DNA of 64,000 nucleotides from the human T2T-CHM13v2.0 reference genome, Homo sapiens, in the NCBI RefSeq assembly GCF_009914755.1, contig NC_060925.1, one strand, 5' to 3'. Shown piece after piece: positions 1 through 16,430 of this stretch. The stretch's first letter is position 1, and each line of letters begins with the position of its first letter. The translations under genes were made by a program, and so were the position numbers. Under the pieces are notes generated by a model. The model saw only the letters and a program-made list of their open reading frames with translations. It was not told where the DNA came from and did no database searches.

Positions 1-3000
1 CTGATAGCTTTTCACTATTTTACTTCTTTTTGGTGGTTACTTTAGAAATTATAATAGGCATCCTTGAATTAGCAATGTCTAATATTTCTTGTTGCTTTTA
101 ACCTCTTCTGGCATGGAGCAAGGACCTTAAAACAGTTTAATTCCATTTACTTGATTCTGGTTTATATGCTACTTTTGTGACGTGTATTAATTATCTGCTA
201 AGTATACATTTGTGCATATCCATGATGATTTTCTTAAGATAAGTCTTAGAAGAAAAGTTGTAAATTCTAAGGTTTTTCCTGTATAGTACCATCCCTGTCT
301 TCAGAAATATACAGATTTACAACCCACTAGCAACTGCGGGAGCCTCTATTTATCACCTTGACATAACTTGTTAAAATTTTCTAAATTTCTCATTGCATTG
401 GTGAAAATTATCTATCAGCATTTCAATTTTCATTTCATCAGTTGCTTGAGACATTATGAATTTTTACTCATACAACTGCCTTTCTGTGTTCCCTTTTGTT
501 GTATTTGTGTTTGAGTGAATTTCCTGTCCTCTCCTCTTTTTTTAATTTCTTGTCTCTCTCTTTTTATTGATCAATGTGGGGCTTAAGATCAGTAATGGAA
601 TAACATCCTCCTTTTTCCTCTCTGAAATCCTAAACCAAGAGAGAAAATAGACAAAGACTCAAAATATAGAAATCAAATTATCAGCTTTCTTACTAATGAA
701 GATAATGTTGAGGAAGCCAAATAGATTTCCTAAAAGTTCACTTCTGAATTAATCAGACTTACCACCAGTCCCTCTCCCCCAGGCTCAGGCATAAACTGTG
801 GGCCTCTTAATTCAGAAGACAGTTAAGTCTGTCATATGGAGAAGAAGAGACCAGAGTACCCCAGCTGTGGGGGCTTATCTAAAATGGAAAAGAACCCAGA
901 AGAGGCTAAAACACACATGCTCACAGGGCCCCCAACCAGCACAAATGGCAAGTTTGTAGAAAGAAGTACCTGCTACACGTGGATCCAGGCCCTGAGGCTT
1001 GGAGACACCAACATCTTTGTTGGAATCAACCCTTTCCTCCAGATAAATACTAGCTCTTTTCCAGGACACAAGGCCTGCAGATTCAGCTGAGTTTCAGCCC
1101 CACTTACAGGGACAGATGCACAGCCCTGAGCAAGTGGCAGCCCTGCATCACAATTCTTTCTCTCAATCTCCCCAAAGGTTTCAGAATGTACTAGTGGATA
1201 TTCCCTTCACTTTTCTACTAAATAGTTGAAAATTCTACCTTAGTAACCAATGTCAGGATTCGGGGAGGAGGAGAAAAGGGTCCCCCCTACATAAAAGATC
1301 TTGATACATTAAGGATATCAAGTCATTGCCCATTATACAGTTTATTTTTTTCTTCTGATTTATCATTTGCCATCCAGTTTTTATGTGATGTTTTATATGG
1401 ATATATTAGATACTTAGCATTTTAATAGAAAGTTTAAAGATAATACAGAATTCATTAGGAACATAAATAAAACCTAACATTCTCAATTGAATAAGGCAAT
1501 TCAGTTTTGTTTTAAACTATATGCATGCTGTGTCTACTTCGCTTGAGAACTCTTTTGGAATATCGGATTTACAAATACCTTTAATTTTGCCACATCCTAA
1601 GCAGTAATATATTTAATTATAATAGTATATTTTATCATCTCTCATATGTTAGTGATGCTGCATAGCTCTGTTCTCCAAAAAAGTACAAGACACTTTATTT
1701 ACAAGAAATTCTCCCAATGCTTTAGATTTTCTCTCGGTTTTTCTTCTTTCTTGAGAGGAGCATACTCCTTTCGATAACCTCTCTGAGGATCCAAGATATT
1801 TTTATAGACTATCGATAGTTCTCTTAATGACTTGTCAATTTTCATTACTCATGGAAAGTGTATCTTCTCTCTTCGTATATTACACACACTTTTATAAAAT
1901 GGCCAAGCTCATTCCTTATTTGGAACTGTCTAGTCACTTAGTTTTAGGTATACTTATTGTATGTAAATAGTAATATTTGAATTTTGTGTTTAGAGCCCAG
2001 CCTAGGGATACTTGTCTTATAATAGGGACATTTTGAATATGTCAGATGTGACTACTATCATTTTATTATATGCTTTCTATTTTTTTACTTCTTGTCTTTT
2101 CCCTTATGTATAATCATATATTTTGCTGCATTGACTTTTATTAGGTTTTTCTTCTTTTCTAGTGATTTATTAGTCATACATTCTACATATCCTACTGTCA
2201 TCTTTACATAATAAAAATTATAATAAATACACTTAAACCCACATTTCTAAATCAAAATCTATATGATTTCCATCTGTGAAATATGGCGACCTCCCTTTTG
2301 CCTGTCTCACAAACCTCTAATTGAATTTTCTGATCCCAGTGATTATTCTATTTCTTCTTACATTATGTATCTTGTCTTCTAAGAACAATTGTATACATTT
2401 TGTTGTTTTATAATCACGGTAAAAATTCTACAATTTACTACTTATGATTTCTATTTTACACCATTCTTCCCATTCTTGAGCTCTTAATTTTGATTCATTT
2501 CTCAGCCTACAAAACCATGAGAATACTTGCTAGCCCTCAAGCAGGCTACATATGCTATGGCCTCTGCTCACACTATTCTATCAGACTTCAGTGCCCTCCA
2601 TTTGATGATGTCCAACTTCCTTCTCTGTGTTTCCATAGCACATCCATTTTGCATACTTCTATTATCTAACATGTTTCATTCTGTGCATGCATCACTGGAA
2701 TTTGAGCTCCTTAAGAGCAATTACTTTCTCTGTAATCTCTATTTTCTTTCTAGTATGTGGCACAGGACCTGGAAGGCAAAAGACAGAGATGCAGCCACTG
2801 TTGAAAAAAGAAAATATTTCAGCTAAATTACTGAATATTTGATAATTGGGAAACTCCAGTATTTCTTTGCATCATGATGTAATGCTGAACTTGTAGAGAG
2901 AGACACAGAGGAAAGAGTGCTGAATGGCATCAGAGCTGGAGATACCAACCCCCTCAAAGAGCCATTCATCTGATAGTCAAAGCCACACTCTCCCAAGTGA

Positions 3001-3852
3001 AGTACAATGGGTATAATGTTTGGCCATAGCACCGAACATTAGCTATGGCCACAGTTAAATGGTAGGAGAACTGGGGCAAGGGCAGCAGGGTGAGGCAACA
3101 CAGTGGAAACTCAAAGGAGAGAGAGGTCAAGGTGGTGGAAGATTTCAACAGTATCTAATAACAAAGAAAGATGAGGAAGGATGAGAGATGAAAACAGAAA
3201 ACAAGGTCATTAGAGATTAATAATTTTGTTTTCCGTTTTTTACGTGTGACCTAAGTCTTCTCTGTGCTCTTCATCTGTGATTTGAAATTACAAACATTTA
3301 AATAAATAAAAAATTCTGGCCAGCCTGAGTACTTGCTGAGTTGGGTCAATTAAGATATAAAATTCACTACAGTCACATGCATAGAATGGATGGTAAGAGG
3401 ATTTTAAAAATCAGTCTGCTATTTCAATACCTCCCTATTTCAATCCCCATAAAAGCTGTTTAAATAAATCAGACGTTCCATTTATTTCCTTATAGGATAA
3501 AAGTCTGATCATCTTTAAGGGTAAAGTCTAGACATCAAAGAAAAAAGAATATCAGATAAAAAAATCACAGGGGAGTTCTTTGTCTATTTATGTTAACCAC
3601 AGCCTGCTACTTCAATAAAAGACTACTGAAGATTTAGAAAACCCATGAAATCATACTGCAACCATATGTGGAGGCAAAAAAAATGTACCATTCAAGTATA
3701 CCCTAAATTGTAAGGACACGTGATTAAAGGGAGGCTACTGTGGGTGAGAAAACGGAATCTTTGGCAATTTTCTAAGAGCAGGAAAGATACTTCTGACTTT
3801 ATGGAATAATCAAATTTAAACTTAGAGTTTGATCACTGAATTGCTTATCAAG

Positions 3853-4350
3853 ATTGTGTCAGATTGTTTATTTTGTTGCTGTTGAGTTGTTTGAATTCCT
3901 TAAATATTTTGGATATTAGCCCCTTAACAGATACATAGTTTGCAAATATTTTCTTCCAATCTATAGGTTGCCTTTTCATTTTGTTGATTTTTTCCTTTGC
4001 TGTGCAGAAGCTTTGTAGTTTGATGTAGTCCCATTTGCTTATTTTTGCTTTTGCTGCCTGAGCTTTTGATTTCATATCAAAAGACTCATTGTCAAGGCCA
4101 ATGTCAAGCTTTTCTCTTGTTTTTTCCAGTAGTTTCATGGTTTTAGGTCCTGCATTTAAGACTTTAATCCATTTTGAGTTTATTGTATCTGATGTAGGAC
4201 AAAAGTCCAATTTCATTCTTTTGCATGTCAATATCCAGTTTACTCAACATGTGGATATCCAGTTTACTCAACACTGCTTATTCAAAAGACTACCCTTCCT
4301 CATTGTGTATGCTTAGCAACCTTGTCAAAAATAAGTTGACCATATATGCT
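3853..4350 (-). mobile_element. Old LINE-1 (L1M/L1MA-like) ORF2 3' fragment
   Basis: Minus-strand ORF 3848-4231 translates to L1 ORF2 C-terminal sequence (KINSKWIK..., KWDYIKLQSFCTAKE..., KGLISKI). Contains a 24-bp tandem duplication at ~4226-4273. Confidence 0.9.
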
Positions 4351-4351
4351 T

Positions 4352-4470
4352 GAGATAAGTATATTAATTAGTTTAACTCTAATAATCATCTGACTGTAGA
4401 TATATATGTCAAAACATCGTTTTTACCTTAAATATATGTAACTTGTATTTAAATAAATTAATTTATAATA
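4352..4470 (+). mobile_element. L1MA-like 3' terminal fragment with A-rich tail
   Basis: Resembles the recalled L1MA 3' end (tatattaattag...tatatgtcaaaacatc...ccttaaatatat) followed by an AT/A-rich tail. Confidence 0.6.
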
Positions 4471-4857
4471 AAGGAATAAACTTGGTTAGATGGGATGAAA
4501 AGATTGTATCAATTTTTTCTAAAATGCTTTGTACTCAGAAGTTCCTCAATAACACAGAATATACAGAGATATTTCAGAACAAAGACTTTTTCCAAGTAAA
4601 AAAACTTTAGATCTAGAAGAAAACTTGTGAAGTAACTTCCTGCCAAACCACACCATGATTAGTTTATGTGTTAAAATAAACATCTATCAAGGATTTATTA
4701 TATTTCAATGTGGTATGCATCAATGTTTCTCAAACCATCTGTGGTGAAAGGCCATTTTCCCCCAATCCATTATATATTTGCAAAATATAATAAAAATAAA
4801 TTACTAGACAAAAAAATTGTGATGGCTATAGTTTTTTTCATTTTAAAATTTTTATTT

Positions 4858-4975
4858 ATTTCTTAAAATTGACATGTAATCATTGTACTAGACAAAAGAA
4901 ATTTTTACAAGGTCATATTTCTTAAAATTAACATGTAATTGTTGTACTAGACAAAAGAAATTTTTACAAGATCAT
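4858..4975. repeat. 59-bp tandem duplication (2 copies)
   Basis: atttcttaaaattgacatgtaatcattgtactagacaaaagaaatttttacaaggtcat (4858-4916) is repeated at 4917-4975 with a few substitutions. Confidence 0.9.
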
Positions 4976-5049
4976 GGAGATTTTCTCCCATGTTTTCCTC
5001 TAAAAGCTTTGTTTTACCTTTAACCTTTAAGACTATGATCCATCTGGAA

Positions 5050-5400
5050 TAATGAAGATAGCCCAGATTCTTTGCTGCAGCTCTCATTGACAGTCCCATC
5101 TCTGTGAATCTGGGATAGTTTTAGTGACTTACATAACCAACAAAACATTGCTTATATGTCATTCTGGGACTTCAGTCATAAAAAAACTTGCAGTTTCTGG
5201 GCCTTTTGGAACACTCTCTGGGAGCTTTGAGCTGCCATGTTAGAGGTCAAATAATTTGAGACCACTGTGCTGGAGAAGCCATGTATATGTTCTGGTGAAT
5301 TGTTCCAACTGAGCCTAGACTTTAGCCATCTCCACCAAGGAGCCAGATACATGACTGTCCCATCCACCAGCTGAATACCACCATCAACACCATGTTAAAT
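5050..5400 (+). mobile_element. MaLR LTR fragment (old MLT1-type)
   Basis: Motifs gagctgccatgttagaggtc, ctggagaagccatgt and ccaccagctgaataccacc are typical of old MLT1 LTRs. Subfamily uncertain. Confidence 0.55.
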
Positions 5401-5485
5401 ATGCTCTGTAAGTATACAATATAAATCCATAGGAAACAGCATGATGATACCTGCATGGTAATCTGTATGGTCATTTGATTACTCA

Positions 5486-5520
5486 ATACGCTTCTTGGCC
5501 TTTTGGCTAAGACCAAGTGT
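5486..5520 (+). pseudogene. RNU2: U2 snRNA 3'-truncated retropseudogene (first ~35 nt)
   Basis: atacgcttcttggccttttggctaagaccaagtgt matches the U2 5' end ATCGCTTCTCGGCCTTTTGGCTAAGATCAAGTGT. Flanked by imperfect direct repeats tgattactcaatac (5476-5489) and tgattactacacatac (5520-5535). Confidence 0.85.
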
Positions 5521-6270
5521 GATTACTACACATACCTCTGGTGTTGGTGCTAGGATTAACAACGGAGAGTCAAAGGTGTACCCTTACATGTAACGATGGT
5601 CCTTCACCCCACCCAGGGGATGTCTTTAATTATTACATGTGTAATTAAACTGTAGTATTTAAAAGAAAGAAACTAGATTTAAAAAAGGATTTAATTTATA
5701 ATAGCAACAAAATATAATACTTAAGAAATAATTTGAACAAAACATCCACATGAAGAAACTATAAAACCACAAAACCATACCAAAAAAGCCCTGCAATGAA
5801 TGGAAAGAAGAATATTATTCCTGGATAGGAAAACCTAATTCTATTTTCAAAGTTCAATTCTGATACTAACTGTAGATTTTGACAAAATTCCAATTAAAGT
5901 ATCAATAGGATTTTTCCGTTAGAGAGGGCAATTTAAAAAATATTCTGATGTCCATCCCAAGAATAAATAGGCAATTATAGTGTTTTGAAAAGTTATCTCT
6001 GAAAAGTAAGAAATGTAAAGGGAAACTAACACCACCATCAGTACGAATTATAAATATTACAATAATTACAAATACTGGTAAATGTCATCAGGATAGAACA
6101 AATGGCTGAAAAATACACACCACACAAACTTTATAAAGGAAGGATCACAAATCACTGAGAAAGAAAAATAGCACTTCAACACGTAGTAGCTGGACAATTG
6201 GTTGGCTATTTGTAAATATGCACATTTCCAGTCTTCATATTAGGCAAATAAAATTACTACCAAATGTTTA

Positions 6271-6447
<177 letters not shown>

Positions 6448-6874
6448 AGAGACATATACTATAAAATCTCCTAATGAGGTCTATTTCTCATTTTTAAAAC
6501 AATAGAAAACTCATTCTCTCCTTCTTCCCTTTCCTTCCTCCCTGAACAATTCACTCCTAAAGCCATTATCAGTTCACTAATGGAGCAAAGCAAGGTAGGC
6601 ATTCTTAAGGTCAAGGGAATGGGGGAAGAGAATGGAAAATTCACAAAGGAAATTCAAATGATCAACAAAATATACTTTTCAAATTTCAACCTCATCAATA
6701 TTTAATAATATGCATACTAAAATATTGGAATATATTTCTATATACCAGAAAAACTTTAATGGGAATACCTAGTTCTGGTAAGGGTAAGAAAGCAAGAATT
6801 TATATGAAGAGCTGTAAAAACCTTTCAGAAAGCAATTTGGCTATATGTATCAAAAGACTTAAAAATGTTTTGTA

Positions 6875-9800
6875 ATAGAGAAGGTGTCCAAGATGACCGA
6901 ATAGGAACAGCTCCAGTCTGCAGCTCCCAGCCAGACCAATGCAGAAGGCACGTGATTTCAGCATTTCCAACTGAGATCAGGAGACTCCCTCATGTGCCTA
7001 CACCACTAGGGTCCTGGGTCTCAAATACAAAACTGGGCAGTTGTTTGGGCAGACACTGAGCTAGCTGCAGGAGTTATTTTGTGCCCCAGTGATGCCTGGA
7101 ACCCCAGTGAGACAGAACCATTCACTGACCTGGAAAGGCAGCTGAAGCCAGGGGGCCAAGTGTTCTCTCTCAGCAGGTCACAATCCCATGGAGCTCAGCA
7201 AGCTAAGAACCACTGGCTTGAAATTCTCACTGCCAGCACAGAAATCTGAAGTCAAGCTAGGACAATCAAGCTTGGTGGGGTGAGGGGTACTCGCCATTAC
7301 TGAGTTTTAGTAGGTGGTTTTCCCCTGACAGTGCTAAAGGGTCTGGGAGGTTTGGACTGGGCCGAATTCACCACAGTGCAGCAAAGAGACTGTGGCCAGA
7401 CTGTTTCTCTAGATTCTTCCTCACTGGGCAGGGCATCGCTGAAGGAAAGGCAGCAGCCCCAGTCAGGGGCTTACAGATAAATCTCTCATCTCCCTGGGAC
7501 AGAGCACCTGGGGGAAGGGGTGGCTGTGGGCACAGCTTCAGCGGATTTAATCTTTTGTACCTGCTGACTCTGAAGAGAGCAGCTGATCCTGACAAGGGTG
7601 ATTCTCCCAGGACAGTGTACCAGCTCTGCTAAGGGACAGACTGCCTCCTCAAGTGGGTCCCTGACCCCTGTGCCTCCTGACTGGGAGAGAACACCCAACA
7701 GGGGTTGACAGACACCTCATACAGGAGAGTTCCATCTGGAATCAAGCTGGCGCCCTTCTGGGATGAAGCTTCCAGAGGAAAGAGCAGGCAGCAATCTTTG
7801 CTGTTCTGCAGACTCCACTGGTAATACCCAGGGAAACAGGGTCTGAAGTGGACCTCCAACAAACTGAAGCAGACCTGCAGAAGAGGGGCCTGACTGTTAG
7901 AAGAAAAACTAACAAACAGCAAGAACAGCAACACCAACAAAGAAGACCCCCCCACAAAAACCCCATCCAAAGGTCATAAACCTCAAAGATCAAAGGTAGA
8001 TAAATCCACAAAGATGAGGAAAAACCAGCATGAAAACGCTAAAAATTCCAAAAACCAGAATGCCTCTTCTCCTCCAAATGATCGCAATTCCTCTCCATCA
8101 AGGGCACAAAACTGGATGGAGATACCAAAACCTGGCAGAGACACACACACAAAAAGGAAACTTTCAGGCCAATATCCCTGATGAACATGGACACAAAAAT
8201 CCTCAATAAAATGAAGGCAAACTGAATCCAGCAGTACATCAAAAAGCTTATCCACCACAATCAAGCCAGCTTCATCCTTGGGATGCAAGGCTGGTTCAAC
8301 ACACGCAAATCAATAAACATAATCAATTACATAAACAGGACCAATGACAAAAACCACATGAGAATCTCAATAGATGCAGAAAAGGCCGTTGACAAAATTC
8401 AACATCCCTTCATGCTAAAAACTATCAATAAACTAGGTATTGATGAAACATATCTCAAAATAATAAGAGCTATTTATGACAAATCCACAGCCAATATCAA
8501 ACTGAATAGGCAAAAGCTGGAATCATTCCCTTTGAAAACTGGCACAAGGATGCCCTCTCTCACCACTCCTATTCAACATAGTATTGGAAGTTCTGGCCAG
8601 GGCAATCAGGCGGGAAAAAGAAATAAAGGGTATTCAAATAGGAAGAAAGGAACTCAAATTGTCTCTGTTTGCAGATGACATGATGGTATATTTAGAAAAC
8701 CCCATCATCTTAGCCCAAAAACTCCTTAAACTAATAAGCAACTTCAGCAAAGTCTCAGGATATAAAAACAATGTGCAAAAATCACAAGCATTCCTATACA
8801 CCAATAATAGACAAACAGAGAGCCAGATCATGAGTGAACTCCCATTCACAATTGCTATGAAGAGAATAAAATACACAGGAATACAATTATAAAGGATGTG
8901 AAGGACCTCTTCAAGGAGAACTACAAATCAATGCTCAAGGAAATAAGAGAGGACACAAACAAATGGAAAAACATTTCATGCTCATGGATAGGAAGAATCC
9001 ATATTGTGAAGATGGTCATGCTGCCCAAAGTAATTTATAGATTCATTGCTATTCCCAATAAGCTACCAGTGACTTTCTTCCCAGAATTAGAAAAAAGCTA
9101 CTTTAAATTTCGTATGGAACCAAAAAAGAGCCCATATAGCCAAGAAAATCCTAAGCAAAAAGAACAAAGCTGGAGGCATCATGCTACCTGACTTCAAACT
9201 ATACTACAAGGCTACAGTAACCAAAGCAGCATGGTACTGGTACCAAAACAGATATATAGACCAAAGGAACAGAACAGAGGCTTCAGAAATAACACCACAC
9301 ATCTACAAACATCTGATCTTTGACAAACCTGTCAGAAACAAGCAATGGGAAAGGATTCCCTATTTAATAAATGGTGTTGGGAAAACTGGCTAGCCATATG
9401 CAGAAAACTGAAACTAGACCCCTTCTTTATACCTTATACAAAAATTAATTCAATATGGATTAAAGACTTAAATGTAAAACCCAAAACCCTAAAAACCCTA
9501 GAAGAAAACCTAGGCAATACCATTCAGGACATAGGCATGGGCAAGGAGTTCATGACTAAAACACCAAAAGCAATAGCAACAAGAGCCAAAATTGACAAAT
9601 GGGATCTAATTAAACTAAAGAGCTTCTGTACAGCAAAAGAAACTATCATCAGAATGAACAGGCAACCTACAGAATGGGAGAAAATTTTTGCAAGATACCC
9701 ATATGACAAAGGTCTAATACACAGAATCTACAAAGAACTTAAATTTACAAGAAAAAAAAAACCATCAGAAAGTGGGCAAAGGATATCAACAGACATTTCT

Positions 9801-10526
9801 CAGGAGAAGAGATTTATGCAGCCAATAGATATAAAAAAGGTTCATCATCACTGGTCATTAGAGAAATGCAAATCAAAACCACAATGACTTACCATCTCAT
9901 GCCAGTCAGAAAGGCGATTATTAAAAAGTCAGGAAATGAGATGCTGGAGAGGATGTGGAGAAATAGGAATGCTTTTACACTCTTGGTAGGAGTGTAAATT
10001 AGTTCAACCATTGTGGAAGACAATGTGGTGATTCCTCAAGGATCTGGAACCAGTAATACCATTTGACCCAACAATCCCATTACTGAGTATATACCCAAAG
10101 GATTATAAATCATTCTGCTATAAAGGCCCATGCACACATATGTTTATTGCAGCACTATTTACAATAGCAAAGACTTGGAACCAACCCAAACGCCGATTAA
10201 TAATAGACTGGATAAAGAAAATGTGGCACATATACACTCGTGGACTACTATGCAGCCATAAAAAAGAATGAGACCATGTCCTTTGCAGGGGTGTGGATGA
10301 AGCTGGAAGCCATCATTCTCAGCAAACTAACACAGGAACAGAAAACCAAACATGACATATTCTCACTCATAAGTGGGAGTTGAACAATGAGAACATGGAC
10401 ACACAGAGGGAAACGTCTAGGTTTTAAGCCCCATGTGCATTAGCTGTAAGGGGGCGGGGGGCAAGGGGAGGGAGAGCATTAGGACAAATAGATAAGGTAT
10501 GTAGGGCTTAAAACCTAGATGATGGG
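6875..10526 (+). mobile_element. LINE-1, L1PA7/8-like, 5' part: shortened 5'UTR, ORF1 start, large internal deletion, 3' part of ORF2, start of 3'UTR
   Basis: Starts ccaagatgaccgaataggaacagctcc. ORF1 N-terminus at ~8013-8121 is joined directly to mid-ORF2 (ataccaaaacctggcagag). ORFs at 8283-9887 are RT and C-terminal fragments including LFADDM. Left TSD aaaaatgttttgta (6861-6874) lies at a TT/AAAA site. Confidence 0.92.
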
Positions 10527-10793
10527 GGGTGGAGCCAAGATGGCCGAATAGGAACAGCTCCAGTCTACACCTCCCAGCATGAGCAATACAGAAGACGGTG
10601 ATTTCTGCATTTCCAACTGAGGTACCGGGTTCATCTCACTGGGGAGTGCTTGAGAGTGGGTGCAGGACACTGGGTGCAGCACACTGTGCATGAGCTGAAG
10701 CAGGGCGAGGCATTGCCTCACCTGGGAAGCACAAGGGGTCAGGGAATTCCCTTTCCTAGTCAAAGAAAGGGGTGGCAGACGGCACCTGGAAAA

Positions 10794-10976
10794 TCAGGTC
10801 ACTCCCACCCTAATACTGCACTTTTCCAATGGGCTTATCAAACGGCACACCAGGAGATTAAATCCTGCACCTGGCTCGGAGGGTCCTACACCCACGGAGC
10901 CTCGCTCACTGCTAGCACAGCAGCCTGAGATGAAATTGCAAGGCAGCAGCGAGGCTTGGGGAGGGGCGCCCACCAT
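10794..10976 (-). CDS. L1 antisense ORF0 homologue, 60 aa, prematurely stopped
   Basis: MVGAPPQASLLPCNFISGCCASSERGSVGVGPSEPG...IRVGVT* aligns with primate L1 ORF0 (MAGAPPPASLPPCSLISDCCAS...IRVGVTRFSR). The stop is consistent with a CGA>TGA change. Expression unknown. Confidence 0.6.
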   Translation of the reverse strand: MVGAPPQASLLPCNFISGCCASSERGSVGVGPSEPGAGFNLLVCRLISPLEKCSIRVGVT

Positions 10977-12608
10977 TGCTCAGGCTTGAGTAGGTAAACA
11001 AAGCGGCAGGGAAGCTCGAACTTGGTGGAGCCCACCACAGCTCAAGGAGGCCTGCCTGCCTCTATAGACTCCACCTCTGGGGGCAGTGCACAGCCAAACA
11101 ACAGGCAGCAGAATCCTCTGCAGACTTAAATGTCCCTGTCTGACAGGTGTAAAGAGAGTAGTGGTTCTCCCAGCATGCAGCTTGAGATCTGAGAATGGGC
11201 AGACTGCCTCCTCAAGTGGGTCCCTGACCCCCGAGTAGCCTACCTGGGAGGCACCCCACAGGAGGGGCAGACTGACACCTCACACGGCCGGGTACTCCTC
11301 TGAGACAAAACTTCCAGAGGAACGATCAGGCAGCAGCACTTGCAGTTCACCAATATCCGCTGTTCTGCAGCCACTGCTGCTGATGCCCAGGCAAACAGGG
11401 TCTGGAGTGGACCTTCAGTAAACTCTAAGAGACCTGCAGCTGAGGGTCCTGACTATTAGAAGGAAAACTAACAAACAGAAAGGACATCCACACCAAAAAC
11501 CCATCTGTACATCACCATCATCAAAGACCAAAGGTAAAAACAGAGCAGAAAAACTGGAAACTCTAAAAAGCAGAGTGCCTCTCCTCCTCCAAAGGAACGC
11601 AGCTCCTCACCAGCAGTGGAATAAAACTGGACAGAGAATGACTTTGACGAGTTGAGAGGGGAAGGCTTCAGAAGATCAAACTACTCTGAGCTAAAGGAGG
11701 AAGTTCGAACCAATGGCAAAGAAGTTAAAAACTTTGAAAAAAATTAGATGAATGGATAACTAGAATAACCAATGAGGAGAAGTCCTTAAAGGACCTGATG
11801 GAGCTGAAAACCATGGCACGAGAACTACATGATGAATGCACAAGCCATAGTAACTGATGTGATCAACTGGAAGAAAGGGTACCAGCGATGGGAGACAAAA
11901 TGAATGAAATAAAGCATGAAGAGAAGTTTAGAGAAAAAAGAATTAAAAAAAATGAACAAAGCCTGCAAGAAATATGGGACTATGTGAAAAGACCAAATCT
12001 ACGTCTAATTGGTGTACCTGAAAGTGACAGGGAGAATGCAACCAAGTTGTAAAACACTCTGCAGGATATTGTCCACAAGAACTTCCCCAATCGAGCAAGG
12101 CAGGCCAACATTCACATTCAGGAAATACATAGAACGCCACAAAGATACTCCTCGAGAAGAGCAACTCCAAGACACATAATTGTCAGATTCACCAAAGTTG
12201 AAATGAAGGAAAACATATTAAGAGCAGCCAGACAGAAAGGTCGGGTTACTCACAAAGGGGAGCCCATCAGACTAACAGCGGATCTCTCGGCAGAAACCCT
12301 ACAAGCCAGAAGGGGCGGGGGGGCCAATATTCAACATTCTTAAAGAAAAGAATTTTCAACCCAGAATTTCATATCCAGCCGAACCAAACTTCATAAGTGA
12401 AGGAGAAATAAAATACTTTACAGACAAGCAAATGCTGAGAGATTTTGTCACCACCAGGCCTGCCCTAAGAGAGCTCCTGAAGGAAGCACTAAACATGGAA
12501 AGGAACAACCAGTACCAGCCACTGCAAAAACATGCCAAATTGTAAAGACCATCAAGGCTAGGAAGAAACTGCATCAACTAACAAGCAAAATAACCAGCGA
12601 ACATCATA

Positions 12609-16430
<3,822 letters not shown>

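Noticed and set aside
836-3148. Short ORFs in the first 3 kb, and similar 60-130 aa ORFs elsewhere (Alu-, LTR- and antisense-L1-derived)
   Set aside because: No recognisable protein similarity or exon structure. They are expected by chance or are translations of repeats.
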